Of a DNA stretch of 64,000 bases, positions 63,544-64,000 are shown piece by piece. The position numbers and the translations under genes are program-made. The notes under the pieces are model-generated. The model saw nothing but the letters and a program-made list of their open reading frames with translations, made no database searches and was not told the DNA's origin. Location of the stretch: positions 42,222,001 to 42,286,000 of the forward strand of contig OY740805.1 in assembly GCA_963514005.1 (NCBI GenBank), given 5' to 3'. Position 1 is the stretch's first letter. The number at the start of each line of letters is the position of its first letter. Origin of the DNA: Raja brachyura (lineage: Eukaryota).

Positions 63544-64000
63544 CTGGAAGGAGAAACCAGTGTTACATTTGAACAATGAGCATCAGAGACAATGACTATC
63601 AGAGTCAGAGGTCAATCCAAACAAGGCTGGAAATAAGTGCAGACAATGAGAGAAGTTCCGCGCGGGTCAGGCAGCTGCAGAGAGGAACACAATTCCTGGT
63701 TCACGTTGACAGGGTCTCATCAGGCCTGGACAATGTCAGATGGTGACAGGTGTGAGACAAGTGTAGCGGCAAATAAAGGCGGGAAAACAAATGTTGTGTA
63801 ACATGTGAAGGGCAGGAGAGGGGAATGACGAGGAACGGATCAGGTGAATAAATACACTGTGGGTCCGGGGACGTTTCAATGATTCACCCACGACCAACAG
63901 TTGCTGTAGGAAAATGTGAACACGGTGATCATTGTGTGAAACGGTTGAGGACAATGTTGAATCAGGAAGGCTGCGAGATGCCGGATTCAAAGGCGGGCGG

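Overview
Vertebrate genomic DNA. The CR1/Rex1/Penelope/V-SINE repeat mix suggests a cartilaginous fish, probably a skate or ray (inference). Most of the window is transposon-derived, and the host genes form a minus-strand butyrophilin (BTN/BTNL)-like cluster. (1) The 3' end of an apparently intact BTN gene has two micro-exons absent from the ORF track (63511-63543, 59360-59386) that splice in frame to a complete B30.2/PRY-SPRY exon (51187-51719). (2) A truncated B30.2 duplicate lies at about 45.6-45.9 kb. (3) A decayed BTN gene runs leader?-IgV-IgC-IgV-IgC-TM-micro-exon (about 30.2 to 14.5 kb), with an orphan second TM exon at 31.5 kb. Between the BTN pieces sits a frameshifted TDP2-like exon 1 (UBA-like domain), directly downstream of a ~26-copy minisatellite built on the palindromic E-box TGTCACGTGACA. 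Mobile elements include a four-level nest (CR1>CR1>CR1>DIRS) whose pre-insertion state is preserved in a paralogous segment ~47.7 kb away. Also present are a DIRS element with ITRs and an ICR, a full-length Rex1/Babar LINE with an intact 968-aa ORF, two hAT-type non-autonomous elements with 8-bp TSDs, a solo LTR and Penelope remnants with hammerhead-like motifs. Assembly gaps: 26889-27017, 59541-59911, 60936-61096. All family assignments come from motif recognition; no searches were run.
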